The position numbers were made by a program, and so were the translations under genes. This document shows, one piece after another, positions 62,171 through 64,000 of a stretch of DNA of 64,000 bases; the stretch's first letter is position 1, and each line of letters begins with the position of its first letter. The DNA lies in assembly GCF_009914755.1 (NCBI RefSeq), contig NC_060929.1. One strand, written 5' to 3'. This DNA is from the human T2T-CHM13v2.0 reference genome, Homo sapiens. The notes beneath the pieces were generated by a model. It was not told the DNA's origin. It saw nothing but the letters and a program-made list of their open reading frames with translations, and made no database searches.

Positions 62171-64000
62171 ATCTTCACATAAAAAGTAGACCCAAGCATT
62201 CTCAGAAGGTTCTTTGTGATGTGTGCGTTCAACTCACAGACTTGAAACTTTCTTTTGATAGAGCAGTGTTGAAACACACTTTTTGTAGAATCCACAAGTA
62301 TTCCTTTGGAGCGCTTTGTTGCCTATGTGGGAAAAAGGAATATCTTCACTTAAAAACTAGACAGAAGCATTCTCTGAAACTCCTCTGTGAAGTGTGTGTT
62401 CAATTCACATCGTTGAACCTTTCTTTTGATAGAGCAGTGTTGAAACATACTTTTTGTAGAATCTGCAAGTGTCCATTTCGAGTTCTTTTGTGCGTATGCT
62501 GGAAAAAGTGATATCTTCACCTGAAAAATAGACAGAAGCATTCCAGAAACTGCTTTGTAACATGTGCATTCAACTCACAGTGTTGAACCTTCCTTTTGAG
62601 AGAGCGGTTTTGAAACAGTCTTTTTGTAGTATCTGCAAGTGGATATTTGCAGTGATTTGAGGCCGAAGAAGGAAAAGGAAATACCTTCAAATAAAAAACT
62701 AGACGGAAGCATTTTCAGAAACTGCCTTGTGATGTGTGCATTCAACTCACAGAGTTGAACCTTCCTTTTGAGAGAGAAGTTTTGAAACAGTCTTTTTGTA
62801 GTATTTGCAAGTGGATATTTGGAGCGATTTGTGGAGTATGGTGGAAAATGAAATATCTTCACATACAAACTAGACAGAAGCATTGTCAGAAACTGCTTTG
62901 TGATGTGTGCATTTAAGTCACAGACTTGAAACTTCCTTTAGGTAGAGCAGTGTTGAAACACACTTTTTGTATAATCTACAAGTGTTCTTTGGAGTGCTTT
63001 GTTGCCTATGTTGGAAAAAGAAATATCTTCACATAAAAACTAGACAGAAGCATTCTCAGAAACTCCTTTGTGATGGGTTTGTTCAATTCACATTGTTGAA
63101 CCTTTCTTTTGATACAGCAGTGTTGAAACAAACATTTTGTAGAATCTGCAAGGGTTCATTTCAAATGCTTTGCGGCCTATGTTGGAAAAAGTGATATCTT
63201 CACCTAAAAAATAGACAGAAGCATTCTCAGGAACTGCTTTGTAATATGTGCATTCAACTCACAGAGTTGAACCTTCCTTTTGAGAGAGCGGTTTTGAAAC
63301 AGTCTTTTTGTAGTATCTGCAAGTGGATATTTGGAGCGATTTGAGGTCTAAGAAGGAAAAGGAAGTACCTTCAAATAAAAACTAGACAGAAGCTTTCTCA
63401 GAAACTGCTTTGTGATGTGTGCATTTAACTCAAAGTCTTGATCCTTACTTTTGTTAGAGCAGTGTTGAAACACACTTTTTGTAGAACCTGGTAGTGTTCA
63501 TTTGGAGAGATTTGCTGCCTATGGTGGAAAAAGGATTATCTTCTCTTAAAAACTAGACAGAAGCATTCTTAGAAACTGCTTTGTGATGTGTGTGTTCAAT
63601 TCACAGAGTTGAAACTTTCCTTTGACAGAGCAGGTTTGAAACACTGCTTCTGTAGAATCTGCTTGTGGATATTGGGAGCTCCTTGAGGAATACGTTGTAA
63701 AAGGCATATCTTCACATACAAACTAGACAGAAGCATTCTCAGAAACTGCTTTGTGATGTGTGCATTCAACTCACAGAGTTGAACCTTCCATTTGAGAGAG
63801 CAGTGTTGAAACGGTCTTTTTGTAGTATCTTCAATTGGATATTTGGAGCGATTTGAGGCCTATGATGGAAAAGGAAATATCTTCACATACAAACTAGACA
63901 GAAGCATTCTCAGAAACTGCTTTGTGATGTGTGCATTCAACCCACAGAGTTGAACCTTCCTTTTGAGAGAGCAGTGTTGAAACGGTCTTTTGTAGTATCT

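Larger units (their letters stand above)
1..64000 (+). repeat. Alpha-satellite array, 15-mer higher-order repeat (2558 bp), about 25 HOR-equivalents / about 375 monomers, single orientation, probably SF5 (R1/R2) type
   Basis: The alphoid consensus 'CATTCTCAGAAACTGCTTTGTGATGTGTGCATTCAACTCACAGAGTTGAACCTTCCTTTTGAGAGAGCAGTTTTGAAACAGTCTTTTTGTAGTATCTGCAAGTGGATATTTGGAGCG' recurs every 170-171 bp. Identical landmarks recur every 2558 bp (e.g. 23769, 26327, 28885, 31443, 34001). Alpha-satellite identity is certain; the SF5 assignment is inferred from mostly A-type monomers with rare irregular B-type monomers. Confidence 0.99.
44200..64000 (+). repeat. Highly homogeneous block of about 8 canonical 15-mers (single HOR haplotype)
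   Basis: Exact 2558-bp spacing with shared diagnostic variants 'ttgtgtgtattt', 'ctgcatgtgg', 'tatgctgg', 'cattgtcag', 'caagggttc', 'ttgcggcc', 'cttcaattgg'. Confidence 0.9.

Noticed and set aside
47227-62916. Suspicion that the near-perfect block is a modelled or collapsed assembly artefact
   Set aside because: Copies carry positionally coherent, nested SNP patterns as expected of a real array rather than randomly shuffled monomers. This cannot be fully excluded without reads.
155-63194. Numerous 60-171 aa ORFs on both strands (e.g. MGFKALQMK..., MELFELFVGN..., MCIQPTDLN...)
   Set aside because: They are translations of satellite monomers. They recur at the HOR period, overlap on both strands, mostly start at GTG/TTG, contain a 57-aa (171-bp) internal periodicity, are opened and closed by random SNPs, and resemble no protein family I recognise.
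1-64000. CRISPR-like pattern of a conserved ~35-bp motif (CTAGACAGAAGCATTCTCAGAAACTGCTTTGTGATG) at regular spacing
   Set aside because: The intervening sequences are homologous to each other rather than unique spacers, the 171-bp period is the alphoid monomer, and there are no cas genes.
1-64000. Possible L1/Alu/ERV insertion or inversion within the array
   Set aside because: All landmark spacings are fully explained by whole-monomer gains or losses plus one +6 and one -2 indel. I saw no poly-A tail, foreign sequence or reverse-oriented monomer.
1-64000. Assignment to a named chromosome or array (e.g. a chr5/chr19 SF5 HOR) and to species
   Set aside because: Plausible from the 15-mer length and box scarcity, but not verifiable without a database search, so it is not reported as a feature.

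Overview
The whole 64-kb window is primate (most likely human) centromeric alpha-satellite DNA: uninterrupted head-to-tail ~171-bp monomers in one orientation, arranged as a 15-monomer higher-order repeat (HOR) of 2558 bp. I found no genes, transposons, inversions or unique sequence, and every ORF in the track is a periodic artefact of the satellite. Monomer numbering used here follows the copy at 2164-4721 (m1=2164, m2=2335, m3=2506, m4=2677, m5=2848, m6=3018, m7=3189, m8=3360, m9=3531, m10=3701, m11=3872, m12=4042, m13=4213, m14=4384, m15~4553). Each HOR has one CENP-B box site (m15) and one degenerate B-box (m9); the other monomers are A-type (pJalpha-like). This fits an SF5 (R1/R2) HOR, usually an inactive flanking array (inference). 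The window is polarised. The left ~27 kb holds all monomer-level structural variants: two kinds of 14-mer, a 6-mer triplication, a 3-monomer deletion and a 7504-bp tandem duplication with an apparent conversion patch. It also holds a run of CpG-mutated CENP-B boxes. The right part is regular 15-mers in SNP-defined haplotype blocks, ending in a very homogeneous block with a 5116-bp sub-period. I see no evidence of a new gene-based system; the interest lies in the readable record of satellite evolution.
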